Shown here: one piece after another, positions 1 through 28,070 of the stretch
How the letters are laid out: every line of letters starts with the position of its first letter
Numbering within the stretch: the stretch's first letter is position 1
Assembly (NCBI RefSeq): GCF_022539665.2
Contig: NC_081333.1
Coordinates: 12,524,001 to 12,588,000, forward strand
Reading direction: 5' to 3'
DNA length: 64,000 bases
DNA from: Daphnia carinata
Lineage: Eukaryota
Position numbers and translations under genes: made by a program
The notes under the pieces: model-generated
What the model was told of the DNA's origin: nothing
Database searches by the model: none
The model's input: the letters and a program-made list of their open reading frames with translations, nothing else

Positions 1-3000
1 GTTTTTTTTTATTATGTTGCAATATGATGAGATGTGGTATTGTATAGCTAATGTATAACCGTCCAAGTCCGTTTCTATATTTATACATGTTCAAATAACA
101 TCGAATGACCAAACATCACGACATGTGCTGTCGCAGAACTGCAATGCACGCGCAGGTGTATTACACGCGGCTATAGATATTATTACCATATAAGCTATAA
201 GAAATGACGTCACACCATCACATGTCAATGTTTGAAACCGGATATATACGCAATAGATATTCCAAGAGCGTAACATAATGAAATAAAAGCGGAAAATGGG
301 CAAATTTTTCGCATCGTTTCCCGGAGGCAATTAATTTCATTTCTAGAAATAATTAAATATCGAAGGTATAAAGTCACGATCCTTGTGTGTTGCGTCTAGA
401 CACGTATAATCTTCACACACACAAAAAAAATGAAATGGGGGCAGTGAGTATTCCGTCATGCAACTGTCAAGAAGTCGAAGCATTTTCGGGTACGTCTCGT
501 GAGTCACGAAGAAATGCCTCCTATTGTTCATACTGGAACTATATATCTAATGAGAAACTCCATGCTATTATACAACTCATCGTTCTAGACGATTCTGTGC
601 ACACGCCTTGCCCTTTCGTGTTTGATATATCTTTTTCTTTCCACTCTTACACGGGAATAAAAGAACATGTTAGAAAAAAAAGGGGAAGTAAGTTATTAAG
701 ATATCAAATCTTCCGCCCTGTGAAACTTTATTTCCATATAATAGTCCTATAGCATATTTAAGCACGAAGAATAATGAAGTTTTATAGCGTTTAAACGGGT
801 ACTGCCTGATTCATTTTCCCAAAGTCGAGTTCCGCACAGGAAGTTGTGAGCGGATTCTGCTGTATTCCCTTTGTTCATTCATTACGCATCCAGCTCACGA
901 GCTTTAGCGTGAAACATTTTCAAATCAGACTGACGTTCCACGCACGATCTTTCTCTCCCCCGCCTTTTATCTTTTGTGTGTGTCCATCCTTTGTAACATT
1001 TTGATGTAGACGCCAGGAGTGCCACATAGCATCACAGACTTGCGTGTTGGAGAATCCCACTCACTGCCTACAGACATGCATTTCGTTTCTATATCCTTCC
1101 GTTTCCAATTGAATTGTTTCCTCTTCTTACTACTCTGTCTTGTTTCGTGATTCTTTTTTTTTTTTTTGTGTTTCACGTTCTCCATGCACTCGGTTTGTAC
1201 TTTTTGATTCCTCCGTCCCTTTTCCATCATCGTTTCCGAACTTGTTCTCCTTCCGGCTTTTCCTCTGTATGTATGTATGAACAAAAGAATATGAAAACCG
1301 ATGACAAAGGCTGTGTCTCTCTCTGTTGTGCATTTACCCCGGGATATTTGGACACACATCTTCTGACGGCATGGGTTTATATTCGATGGCGTTTGACCTT
1401 TTCTTTTTGTTTGCCAAATAGAGATCTACGTCTATTCTTTTTTTGTGCCTTTAATACATCTGAATTTTGATACTAAAATTAGAGTACCATGAACGGAAGA
1501 TGTTGCACCCCTCAGGCAACGATTGAAATAATATGCAAAACAGTTAAAAGAATTTTTCCAGACGGTAGATGTGCACAACATTTCCGATCGGCAGAAAGAG
1601 GAAATCCAATGGGATCCGCTCCATCTGCTATCATCACTATCATTTTCTCGACTAACGCTAAAGTTTTCGAAAATATAGTCGTCGGACGCGAACATTTCGC
1701 CAAGTCTAACCAATCATTCCGGTTGTCGGCCGCATTCCCATGAGAATGCCCTGCGTCGTTTTCGAATACGAAATGAAAGCGACATCGAGTGAGATCTAAT
1801 ACCAGCTATACAGTAATACCTAAGGCGATTTGGATGTGACGAATCATCCCAGGCGTAACGTGGAACATTTCCCAGTCTGCTATTCAGCAAAGATTTCCAT
1901 ATTCAGTTTTCCGCTAATCGTTCAACACATAATTTTTTTTTTTAGAGCCCCGCCTGATTTTTAAACTTTTGTGTTAGTTGAGACGAGCCGCTTTTTATCC
2001 GACCCTCTTTTCGCTACACGTCACGATCGATTTTCTGGTTTTTATTTTCTTCTTTTTAACCAAATGGATATGGAGACACGCTTCGTGACAGTCGACTGTA
2101 CATCCTGTCCCCTTGCGGTACTGTCAATCTCTCTCCTTATTCGTTTCCGCATCACCAACTTCTTATTCTTTTCTTCCATTGCCAGACAATCTTTTAACCG
2201 ACAATATCTGTAATCCTGACGTGTATGTCTGTGAAAAGCCGACGGCCATCACTCAGCAATTTCACCATAAAAAAACCTAAACACAAACAAAATTCAATAT
2301 TTAAATCTGTGTAGAGAAGGGCAATATAATTTTTTTTCTTTATTAAGTACATTGTGCTGACTGAAGAGCCGATTCAATTTTAAACAAACAATGATGTGTT
2401 GTAAGCATTTCTTAAAGTACCGGTTCAATAGTTTTCTTTCCATATCTTTTCCATTTGGTATTTACAAATCAAAGGGCATTCGGTTCTAAACAGCAACGAG
2501 TAGCAAGGGTCGATTATTTAATGTTGTAGTTTTGGTCGCTATGGAAACATCTCGCAAGGCCCTACATCACCAACAGTCCTCTTCCCAGCAGCTGGCCTTT
2601 ACAAAGAGCAGTACAATAGTTATCCCACTCTAAAACATTCAATCTTTCCTTCTTTTAAGGATACATGGAGGGCAACGGCCCTGCCCTATTTCGATAGGAA
2701 AAAAAAAGGATATCTTATTGGCAAATGTTTTCCGGCAGATGGCGTCGATTATAGATGATACATGTACTCGTACAATCAAAGATCCTTTAATCGTTCAACC
2801 CGCATCAAAAACAATCGCAATCAGTCTTTTAAAGGGAAGCGTTTCATTCAAGCGTGTCACGTCAAAGAAACGGAGACAAATCAACAAAATAAAATTCTCG
2901 AGACTCTTTTTGATCCTGGCAGTTAGAAATCGCGTCTGTGTATGGGACGTAATCGAATCGCACCCGTAATTTCGTTCAGCGCGCTAACGAAAAGCGTCGA

Positions 3001-4228
3001 CACGTCGCGTGAAAGTTTGTCCTGACGAGATTTTCAAACATCTCGTGAAGAAATCGTCAACGTTGCACAATCTTTTTTTTTCATATGCGAGTCTCTTCGC
3101 TTTGATATCATTCTCATATAAAAAAAGGAAAAAGAAAGGGACTGACCCTGATGCCGCTATGGCCGGCCCCGTTCGGTACACATATCCATTTCGACAGTGG
3201 GAATAAGAAAACGGGACGTGCTTTCTTGTCCAAATCGCATCCACCAGTCTGGAATGATTGAACGCTAGCCAAAAAAAAAGAAAAGGATCTTCCTTGACTG
3301 CGTACAATTTTTTAGACGAGAGGGAAACTGACGTTCTTGTGAACTGCCGAAAAGGTCAGGAGATTCTTGATCGCGCTGACGAGACACGCATTTCTCAATA
3401 ATGCATTCGGGAGCAGGTTTATAGGTCTTTCCTGTTGTCATGGAGACGTGCCAAAGCTGCACACACACAATCAGAGAAAAATTAAAACAAAAGAGGGCGA
3501 TTTCGTCATCCGCAACTCAGTGTAGTGTGATTTGTGTATTGATGACCACGAGAAATTTAAAAATGAAGAAGCACAAACCAAGCAAGTGCCATTCTTCTAC
3601 AATATCAATAATCATACCATTTTTTTGAATCGCTATTTTACTTTCCCTTTCATTCCTGTGGGTTTTTTTTGTTTACGGTTGAGATCGGTTCCCTTTGGTG
3701 TTTTGGTCACGTCTTATCATAAGGTAAAAAGGTTAAACAATATCGCATACACGCTAATCTAATTGGGGAATAGGAATTACAACACGGCGTCACACAACGA
3801 AATGAAAAATTTTGCACTTGGTATATCGATTGAATTTCAAACGTGTTGGTTGAAGGATTTTTTAAAAAACTAGTCATTAATCAAAAGAAATTTGCGTTTA
3901 CAATGCCGTAGGTTGTTTTCGGTAGGGACCTTCTCACTGGCAATGCCAAACTGTTATATAATTAACCTTTGTTTTCCTTATACCTTTTTATAATATCTAT
4001 ATGAAGTCTGCATACCCGATATTGTTCGAGATCAAAAAAAAAAAATAATAATAATAAAACCAATACATTCACATCAACGTTTTTAAATGCCTCCTAAACA
4101 TTAGGGCGGATGGACGACCAGGATAAAACGTCGACGTTAGAAATATAAATCAAAAAGCACCAAACCAAATCAAAGTGTAGAAATACATCAAAATGTCCAG
4201 TGAACTCGGTGAGACTGTTGTTGACAGA

Positions 4229-6822
4229 TTACCTGATTACCGCCAAGGACCCCGTCGATATAAGGCAGCGTCCTTTTTTTTTACGTTTCCATGTCAGGGT
4301 TAAAGAAAGGGAAAAGACAAAGTCAGTTAGTGAAACAAGTAAAACAAACGTTCTACATTTCTGTTTTCTCTTAGGGCTCTATGTCAGATAACGGCACTCA
4401 CATGCAGCAGAAAGGGAAAGTTCTAGATCTCAAACACAAGGAAGAGAGCTTTTAAGAGCGTAAGTAACGCAATTACCTTCGTCATCAAAAGTTGCCAACG
4501 AGAGCCGATGAAGCTTGTTGGTCAGACAAGAGTCGAGTAACTCGGTTTGCGAAGGGTTGGTTAGCGGAGCCATCACATCTAGTAGCGCAATCAGAATGGC
4601 CAGCAGCAAAAATAAAACACGTCCGATATAAAATCAATTAAGGATTATTAGATGAAAAGTCATATTAGATTTAAACGTGTTTCATCTTTGATGAAAAGCA
4701 ACATGCTCGAGCAAATCTAATCAGGCAGAATCTCACCGTCTAAATCCTGTTCTCCATGGATACCTCCGTCGATTTCATCGGTGGTGGCGTTTGCAGCGGC
4801 GGTCGAGTTTCTTCTTTGCCTGTTGGTGTAATAGGCTATTAACGCGTTCACCATGACAGCCTGTGAGAATAAAAAGAAGGAAAGAAAAATGCTATTTATT
4901 TCTTTGCAATTCTTGGTTGCCAAGAAAACACAATTTTTTTTATATTTTAAAAAAGAAACCTGTTTAGAAAATATCTGAATGACGCAGGTGTCATTGCCAT
5001 CGCGAGGACTTGACGGGGGAGAGGCGAACTGGAGAAAAATGCATGGGAAGCAATCGGGGTCGTCGAGGCGGTAGGGGAACGCGCAATCCCAAATGAATTC
5101 GCCATACTTCAAACCGAGAAGAACAGTCTTTTTGGCCGACAGAAAATTAAACCAAAATAAAGTGTGACCATCACGTCAGGTTTCCACACATCACAGTATT
5201 TCAAATGTGATATACCCCTTCGTGCTGCTGAATCAGATACACTCCCACCGAACTGACAGCCACTTGAATTTCGAGGTCGCCAGCAGTGAACCATGAAGAC
5301 AGGTGAGAGGTACGGCGCTCTTCGATTTGGCCGCAGAAAAATGCAGCTCTAATGAAGTAAACACACAATAAATGGATAAGCAACTCAAAGTGAAACGGCG
5401 GTATAATACCCGTAGTAGGGTCTAGCCCAACAGCGTTTCAAGTAATTCAACATCAATCTCTGACTAGGAATGTTGTTAGGAAGTTTTTTGAGCTGTTCGA
5501 CTATCAGGGATTCGGGAGCAGTTTTGTCTGGGCGTTGTAACTTTGATAATGGCCAAACCAATGACCAGGGAGTTGATTTGACACATGCGTAGGAGGGGAG
5601 ATAATCCCGCAATCGACTCCTAAGGTAAAAAATAAATTTATGTAATGATATGTCAAAATTTTGAAATGCAAGGAATGATTGGGGATAAGTACCTGAAGAA
5701 CATTGGTGTGTGCTGTTGAGAAATAAAATTTCCCAAGTTAACTCTCGCCACGAAACTACCGAGGAGGAAAGTTTCCGGGAGATCACATGGATAACGCCCA
5801 ATTAGAACATTATTTTTGGCTTCACAATACAATAGTTCGATGATCCCTGAATCTCTTATTCGCATTTCGTCACTTCTGTGGTAGAATGCGTTTCGTCTCA
5901 AATGAAGTGTGGGCTCAGGTAACACAGGGTTTCCATCGTATTTAGTAAACTTCTTTACAAGTTGTCCCCATTCGGAATAAATCTTAATAGGCTTGTGATG
6001 AGGTTTCAGTTGCACTTCTATAAATCATAAATAGAGAAACTGTTAAAGGACAAAACAAAACAGATTTTTTATGTATGCAAAGAACTACCTAATTCTGGTG
6101 AAATCATCCACAATGCAAAGACATTTAGAGCAACTGGAGGTAATCGTAGTTCTTCAGCTTCCATCAGTGTTTTTAAAATTGTTGCAGAGTTGGTGTTGAC
6201 ACCGTGTTCAACATCAATACAAACACAGGTTCCATTACTAAGGAAAACACACACTGCGAAAATGGATTAAAAATGGTGAATCAAACAGGATAATCTCAAA
6301 TAATATTGGTTTACTCACATTGACCATTTGGAATACGGGGAGGAGAAGGTTTATCAGCCATAGCTGCACCAGTAGCAGACATTGCACGATTCATAACATG
6401 ACTTGACAAAGTTGACACAGAGGCGATACTAGACATTTCTGACTGATCCTTTTCATTTAACAATGTGGGATAGTTCCTTGCATCTTCTTGGCTTAAAATA
6501 TTTTGAGTTGAATAAACCATACTAGGAAATTTCTGTTTAGTATACTCCACAGGAATGACTTTAACAAAACTGTGGTGTTGTGAATCTCCATAACATTCAC
6601 TATCTTTGTGACTTCCTTCACAACCTGACTCATTTAAATTGTGATTACCAATAGCCATCAATTTGATAACCTATGCATATATACAAAGATATCGTTAAGA
6701 TGTTATTTCAAATCAAGGCGCAGGTACAAATCAGATCATACGTCGTTAGAATGCACTGAGTCGAAGTCGGTTGTAGAGTTGTGAAGTTTCATGTGATTAC
6801 CAGCCAAACCGCGATTGTCCAT
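4229..6822 (-). CDS. FRMD8: FERM domain-containing protein 8 (iTAP)-like, multi-exon
   Basis: Spliced ORFs give VCVFLSNGTCVCIDVE...FALWMISPELEVQLKPHHKPIK...LHLRRNAFY...LLYCEAKNNVLIGRYPC...WARPYYGAAFFCGQIE...QIFSKQAVMVNALI, ending LHRLSLATFDDEG|RCLISTGSLAVIR*. This matches the FRMD8 FERM signature. ATG at 6822 and TAA at 4231-4229 were inferred by joining GT-AG exons in phase. Confidence 0.88.
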
Positions 6823-7502
6823 GATAGTCGAGTCGGGAGAGGAAAGAAGGCTTCGCTATGTTTAAATAACGCATCGAAGAAATAGAACTACAAGCAAATC
6901 TTGGAAAAACAAAAATATTCCGAATTTATCACACATGGATTTGGCGGAACATAGTAAAGAACTGTCAAAACCGATATTGACTTTTTTTTTACGAAATAAC
7001 GATAAGTACGCCATCTAACGAATTTTGAATAACAAAAATGCCATCTACAGGATGCCAAAAACAAACTAGCTGTCTGAATTCAAACGTGAAGAAAAATCTA
7101 GTGAAATAAAAATAGATAAAATAACCATTTTGAGCCTGCTTTTATATGAAAACGTAATCAGTATCATGGAAATCTTCTGTACTCTATAAGGCAGCAAGAA
7201 AAAATGGGGAGGAGTTTTGTTTGTCTGTTACATTGGGCTTTTGCTGTGATTGGCTAGCGGGGCCACTAACCGCCGCCAGCTGGAGTGAATCGGTGGGATG
7301 GGGTTTTGGAACGCCAAAATGTGGATGGAAACGTGGATATAAGCAACTTTACAGTACACGAGCATTGCTTATAACGGGTGGGCGACAGCATGTAAGCCGA
7401 CGGGCAGGGATAGCGGGTGCTTTGCAAAATAATAATGACTAAATATATGTTTAAAAAATATTAAAATATTTAATATTTAAAATATTTAAATAGCATGACA
7501 AC

Positions 7503-7562
7503 AAAGATTCGAACCCGTGAAAACAGCATGACAGCTGCGAACTATACAAGGGCGCCACACCT
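7503..7562 (-). pseudogene. Second, more degenerate tRNA-like module, divergent from the first
   Basis: Minus strand reads GTGTGGCGCCCTTGTATAG...CACGGGTTCGAATC, i.e. a degenerate A box and a B box (7515-7506) at tRNA-like spacing. Confidence 0.4.
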
Positions 7563-7633
7563 CACTCACCTGTTACATACATAAGAAGCCTATTTAAATG
7601 GTTGACATCGAAAGCAAAATTTGGTTGGAATGT

Positions 7634-7706
7634 GCGGTCCTGGCACAGTGGTTATCACCCACGCTTTGTATTCTGTCGGTCCCGGGTTCGAATCCCGCCA
7701 CCTCCA
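7634..7706 (+). pseudogene. tRNA-derived (SINE-head-like) module inside the Helitron-like element
   Basis: A box TGGCACAGTGG (7641-7651), B box GGTTCGAATCC (7685-7695) in a CGGG/CCCG T-arm, and tRNA-like 73-nt length. Acceptor and anticodon stems do not pair, so it is not a functional tRNA. Confidence 0.7.
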
Positions 7707-7804
7707 ATTTCCAAGCCCTCCACTCCCTCCATGCTCTCCTCCCACCACCCTCTCCTCCCTCCCACCCCATATCCATATCATCATTCAAGATTCGCAAGAT
7801 TCAT

Positions 7805-7860
7805 CGGATTACGCAAGATTCTACATCTTCATCACAACGGATTACGCAAGATTCTACATC
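7805..7860 (+). repeat. 23-bp direct repeat x2 (CGGATTACGCAAGATTCTACATC)
   Basis: Identical copies at 7805-7827 and 7838-7860 with a 10-nt spacer. Confidence 0.9.
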
Positions 7861-8777
7861 CGGACTTCGGACATCTATCATCTATATCCATCATCTACAT
7901 CCAATCGCTGGATATCTATCAAGAAAGAAGAGAAGAAAGGAAGAGAAGAAAAGAAGAGCCATGCCTACTATAAAGGGGCTAAATATGGCAGAAAAAAAAA
8001 TCGATCTGTAGTACCGTTCACTACATTGAAGATCGACCCACAGGTGGAGAAGGGGTAATCGGAGCTTGTAGGTTGTTCGTAAGCCTCCCCATGGCCACTA
8101 GGTTCATGGATGCAGGCAGCTAATCATCGAGCAATGTGACCCCCTTCGATACCGTTTTTTGTTTTTCTTTTCTTCTTAATATGTTCACCAGTAGGGCGTG
8201 CCTAGCAGGCTAGTATTTCAATAAAATTACGGTTGTTACATTACACCATACAGCCATCTGCACCTCCAAGCTTTACCCCGGGTTGATCCGTTGCTCCATG
8301 GCCCGATCGATGATGGATTGCTTTGATTGTTCACGTGGGTTTTCCGGTGTACGGTGCACTGGGGAATTGCCCGACCAGGATCGTGGATCGCAACGTTGCG
8401 TGTATAGCCGTTTCAGCACCGATTCGCTGAGAGAAACCACAGCTACTGCAGAATAAACCACACTTTCTGTCGGGTCTGATCTTTTTTCCACTGGGGCTGA
8501 AGCGAATTGGGTCGAGCCCTACTTACAAAGTGCAAGTTTTTGTGAATTGACAATGTTGCACATGGTTCTTGTTCAAATACATCCTTGAAAATTAACGAAC
8601 GGATAGTTAAAAATTTTACCCAAAAAAGTGCCTTAAACGTATGTTCAGTACGTCATAAATGTTAACTTAAATATTTTTAAAGTGACTGTTACGTTGAACG
8701 GTTTAGTGCTCTTTAAAATCAAAAGTTTTTCGAAAAGTACGCGCTGACATTACCTGTCCTAGAAGACCATTGTCACA

Positions 8778-11015
8778 ATGGAGACTAACATTTCATTATC
8801 TCGACTGAAAGAGCCGGAATTTTTTCCAGAATGTTGGAAAACAATAATGACAGGTGAAATATTCATATCTGTCCTACTTCTTAAAAAAAAAAAATAAACC
8901 TAATAATAAGTTCTTGACACCATCAGGAGTTGTGGCCTTTGTTGATGTTCGGACTGGTTCTGACAATCGGTCAAAAAGTGTTGCTACAGAAATGGAAAAA
9001 ATGGGTGCTGAAGTTGTGGGGAATTTCTCAAAAAGAGTCACACATGTTGTATTTAAGGATGGCTCAAAACCTATTTATGACAAAGCAAAGGCATTAGGCA
9101 TCCCAATTGTGTCCTATTTATGGGTTGTTGCTTGCAAAGAAAAGGGAGAAATGGTTTCTACCGAAGAACATGCAGCCATTAATTCACAAGATTATGATTC
9201 CGAGTTCTTCAAGTGGAGGGTAAAGCTAAGCTTTTGTTTAGTTTAGTTCAAAGCAACTTTTTGACAAGAGATGTTTTCTTACTCATAGAAAGTCAAATCA
9301 ATGCAGCCAAAGGAACTTGATGAAGAACTACAAATGGCAGAGAAGCGGCTTGACAGAAGGAGGAAAAAGGTTAGGCAAAGTTTGTTGCTTACTGGTGAAA
9401 GTAGTGAGGAGCCTCCACTACTATTCACACCTATTGCTGAAAGAAAATCAATAATTGATACGTTAATTGAAAGTTCACCTGCTTGCCAAGAAAGGTAAAA
9501 TTCTTTTGTATGTCTTAGTGGACAAGCAAAAGTAAATACATATAAAATTTCTACAAATCTTATTAATTCTTATTTTTTGTCTACTCTGCTTTTCAGGATT
9601 CAGCAACAGCTAGCTTCTGGAAAAACCTGTAATGATGTATTTACTGTAAATGAGAAAGAAGAAGAAGATTTTGACACCTTTTTTGACACCCCTCTAATGA
9701 TAAAATTTATTAGCAAGTATACATACTGCTACATTAAAAATACAGGATACATTTTATACATTATTTTCTTATTTTAAGGAACTACTATTCTCCTATGGAC
9801 CCCACTCCTTCGTCCATCAGAAAAATATTAGCTAATGTCCGACAGAATTCGGCAAAAACTGCAACGACACCTAGCATGAGCAATCATCAAAGGAAAGGAG
9901 ACGTTAGTTCAGGAAAAACGTCCGCTGAGAAAGCGGTTCGCGTAACAATACCTGGCTCGCCATTGGGCCAAATAAACAAAACTACTGAAAACAACAACAA
10001 GCGAAAGACGTGCTCGAGCATGTCTTCAGCAGCAAAAAAGCGAAAAGAAAACACCGAGAATATAATAGAGAAACTTCCTCGTCGGAAGTTGCTTTTCCAG
10101 CCCACGAGGCTGCATCTGCCGCAGGATCCCCTCGTTGCTTTTACTCCCGACGAAAGTCCAAAGAAAGAGAAGAAAAATCATCCTTGTTTTTCCCAAGTCG
10201 GAACAAATGCTAAATCCCACTTGATTCCGTACTCTACAAGCGTTAAATTGAGTCCTAAAAGTGGCACATCACCTCGGCGTGACAGTTTGGCCGATTTCAG
10301 GCTGTCAACTCCGAAAAAACGAAACGATCAAAGATTATCTAGTGCCACGCTAGTATGCACCAGCCTGCATGCAGAGTAAGAAACATGTTTTTAATTAAAC
10401 TGACACTACATACGTTACGTTTACTTTTCTCTTTTTATTTGCAGGTCCATAAAGATAGTAGAAAAAGCAATCGAACAAATGAAAAGATTCAAGTTAATAG
10501 ACGTAGTCAATGATACAACCACTCATGTAATATGCGGAGATTCACGGAGAACTTTAAATGTTATGCGTGGTGTTGTACGGGGTGCCAAAATCGTGACGTT
10601 TAACTGGGTATGTTTCTGTATTCTGTTAATGAAACAACTGCTGAACGAAAATTCCCCTGGTGTGTATTAGATAACTGATTCGATGGCCAGCGGAAAATTT
10701 TTAAATGAAAATGACTACCAGATTGAGAGATTCTCCAGTGCCGCTTCGCTGTACCGTGGAAAAAACAAGTGTCTCTTTGGGGACTATGAAGCCATTTACG
10801 TCAGTAAGAAGTCGCCAATTCCCCCTTCAGACCTGTGCGATATGATCCAATGCGCTGGAGGAAACTTGACAAGTGTTTCAAAAAAAGCCTCCCTCATCGT
10901 TGGTCAGTTAAAACCAGAGGCTAACGTTCCTTGTGTTGCTAGCATTTGGATTTTAGATTGTATTGAAAAAGGAGTGACCCTTCCGTTGACTGATTACTTC
11001 ATGAAAAAGTTCTAG
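8778..11015 (+). CDS. MCPH1: Microcephalin (N-terminal BRCT plus tandem C-terminal BRCT), multi-exon
   Basis: N-terminal BRCT GVVAFVDVRTGSDNRS...VTHVVFKDG...IPIVSYLWVVAC. Ser/Lys-rich middle. C-terminal BRCTs LVCTSLH...TTHVICGDSRRTLNVMRGVVRGAKIVTFNW and ...ASIWILDCIE. Confidence 0.85.
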
Positions 11016-11415
11016 TTCTGTTCGTGATATATGAAATTTTTCGATAACCGAAGGCTGATGACGTCGTCGAATGCATGTGAGACCACTCAGTTCATTGTGT
11101 TTTGTGCTCAATCCCCGGAAAGGCTGGAAACAAATACAAAAAATCTCAAAATTTCTACGTCCTTATTGTTTCACAGTCAAGGTCAAATTGACCTCACACG
11201 TGACTTGAACTCCACTCCTCTAGAAATTATCATATTTTTCAGAGAGAAGGGGAGGGTGCCCTCGGCGTTTCTTTGTCGTCAAGGGGTTTCCTAGTCCTAG
11301 ACTGGTAGACTGCAAGTGGGCGTAGTGATCAGTCTGCTCGTGCCAGAGTTGGACAACGGAGCGGTTGTATTTGCTTGTCGACTTAACCACGTGTGTGCAA
11401 ATCAGTTTAAAAGCC

Positions 11416-25710
<14,295 letters not shown>

Positions 25711-26792
25711 AATTGTTCCAAATCGAATATTTGGACAGATATTATTTGTTGGGCCAAAGTTGAAAAAAAAAATAATCAATCTCATACCTCCTGTCCTTGT
25801 CTATTTTTTGTGACGCAGATGAGTCAATGATTACTCCTATTGCTCGTTCTTTATCTTTAATTGAATATCGGATTTTTTTCATTCTATACCATAATTAACA
25901 ATTAAGTTTTCACCCACAACGTGCGAGTTTAGGACCACCGTAAAGTACGTTTAGAAGAAAACAACCTTTTTGCTTAGAATTTAATGTACTAACAGATGGC
26001 GTGAGTGTGCTTAGGACCAAACTTTGTCCTACCAGCACAAGGGAAAAGAGTGCATCTAAATGCCTTGAGATTTGGCTCACTTGAGGTCAATAGAAATTTT
26101 CATTTGACGACCAAATAATAGCAAGCATTTGGTTATTGCTTTTTCAAGTAATTTATAGTTGCCCTAGTTGGAATAATTTCGTGAAGCTTGCTAAAATTAT
26201 ATTTATAAGTTAAGAAAAGATCTTGACACCAATACCGGTAAAATTTGTACTGTTAAATTAGTAATGGAAGAAGCACGAACTAAGAAAAATGTGTTAAACC
26301 ATTTACAAGGAAATAGCATTAAAGCATAAACCTTCAGGTGCTTATAGCCAGTGACTGTATCCGTACCGACAATGTCGAATCGATTACATTAACGCCTTCA
26401 TGCTACAGTAGTCTTAAGTCTCTAAACCTCAGGGATAAAACGTGTTCTCTGCAATTGCACTGGAGTAGTGAGAAATTAAAAGTAATTGCTGGTAAAATCA
26501 TGACCTTTTATGGCATTAATTTATATAGATATTTATACTTTTTTCTTTCCAGAATCAGGCCGTTCGGCGCCATTTATTTTCCAAAAATATAACTCCTACG
26601 AGTTTCCTTATTGCCATCGTTATGGCACCGTCGCAGTATTCGTTTTATTTTTACTTTTCAAAACTTTTTTTCACACTCTTTCGTTGCGCCAAGATAATTT
26701 AATTCTGTTAAATATTAAATTAATTGTTCTTCTGGGTGAAGGTTCAAGTGACTGCTTTTTCTCACGTGCCCAGTTAAAAAATCGTAACAAAT

Positions 26793-28070
26793 ATGACCCT
26801 AGATGATGAAAAGGTTTCTGTCCAGCGTTTCGTGTTAAGGTGCAATGTTTCGGCGTGTTACCAGGAACTTTCCAACAAGACAGATCAACCTTGGATAACT
26901 GTTTGTGGGCACATTTTCTGTGTGTCCTGTGGTTTGGCTGAACTAGGAAAACTTCCAGCCATTTGTCCTATTTGTTGTCATCAATTGACAAGCCCATTTG
27001 ATATCATTCAGTCTGAACTGAATCCTCCGAGTCACTTTGTTGAGGTAAGGTTTAATAATTTGTTAGCCTAATTTTGTTAATTGCATCATTTTATCCAAAT
27101 GAGAGAACTGAATCTACAGTTCATGCGTTGGAAGATATCAAATACTTTTCAAACTACAAATAACTTTTTACACAGATGGTTTTGATGGGACTCAATCCTA
27201 ATGATTGCCTTGAAGCAGCAAGAAGAGGAATATCATTTTGGCAAAGCCAATCTATCTTGCAACTGAACAGCTCGGAAAATAACGTTGAAAATACTCGTTC
27301 GCAGATCATGGAAATGCAGAGTCACTACGAGGACAAAGTTGCAATGATGAATCGCGAGATTTTCACCCTGAGAGAGGAATGCCAACGTGAGTCAAGGCGT
27401 AAAAGCTTTCACGTAATGCAAATATAAACAAATAAAAAATTCAGCTAAGCCAGTCAGCTATTTTGTATTGGAAAACAAGTAGACTTCATATTGTGTTAAG
27501 TTTTACGAATTTTATTGCAGTGTCATCCAAAAGATTCTGTCCACTCTACATAAAACGTTAAGTTATATAATTTAATTGGTAACTGCGTATTTGCAACCAC
27601 GAGCCATGACGGTTAGGGGCTTAGTGTCATTCTTGGAACTAGTTCTTTTAAAAACTAATTTAAACAGCCAGTCTCCGGCAGTGATTAGTTCCAGAAATTT
27701 TCCTGCTGATACATTTAAACAAATATAGAATTTCTGTATCAAATTTATCTTGAATTTTGATTTTTTTTTTCAGGTTTAAAAGAGGAAAATTCTAAATCGC
27801 AGCATCACAAAGCACCAGTTGTAGCAGATCATCCTACTTTGAATATCCATGAGCAACAGGTATATAGAAATTCTAGAAAGTACGATTGACATAATTACTC
27901 ATTGACGAATATTCTAGAAGGCGGTAGCCGTCACCACAGTCAGCACGATCGGTACGGGAACTGTTAAAAAACAATCGTACCCGCGGCCGTCAATCCCACT
28001 GCAGCATGTACGACCAACATCTTCACGCAATGACAGCCTACCGCAAAGACAGTTCCTTGGCAAATTCTAG
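26793..28070 (+). CDS. CCNB1IP1: HEI10/CCNB1IP1 meiotic RING E3 ligase, 4 coding exons
   Basis: LRCNVSACYQEL...WITVCGHIFCVSCG...AICPICCHQLTSPFDIIQSELNP...MVLMGLNP...RGISFWQSQ followed by a coiled coil. Collinear with the HEI10 pattern (CN..C...WVTACSHIFC...CPAC...DIV..ELSP...MVLAGL.P...RALAFW.YQ). Confidence 0.85.

Larger units (their letters stand above)
7173..8213 (+). mobile_element. Non-autonomous Helitron-like element (~1.04 kb)
   Basis: 5' A|TCTTCTGTACTCTATAA followed by GTTTGTCTGTTAC. 3' end CTAG|T (8210-8213), preceded by a short imperfect hairpin (TAGG 8192-8195 / CCTA 8201-8204). Inserted in an A|T site with no TSD. Interior has an AT-only tract, tRNA-like modules and a tandem duplication. 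No Rep/helicase ORF. Confidence 0.55.

Noticed and set aside
1..4200. Many 60-130 aa ORFs on both strands
   Set aside because: Phe/Lys-rich translations of homopolymer-rich non-coding DNA, with no domain or consistent exon chain.
7594..8058. Overlapping 120-145 aa ORFs in several frames
   Set aside because: Low-complexity translations of the Helitron-like interior and tRNA-like module, with no protein motif.
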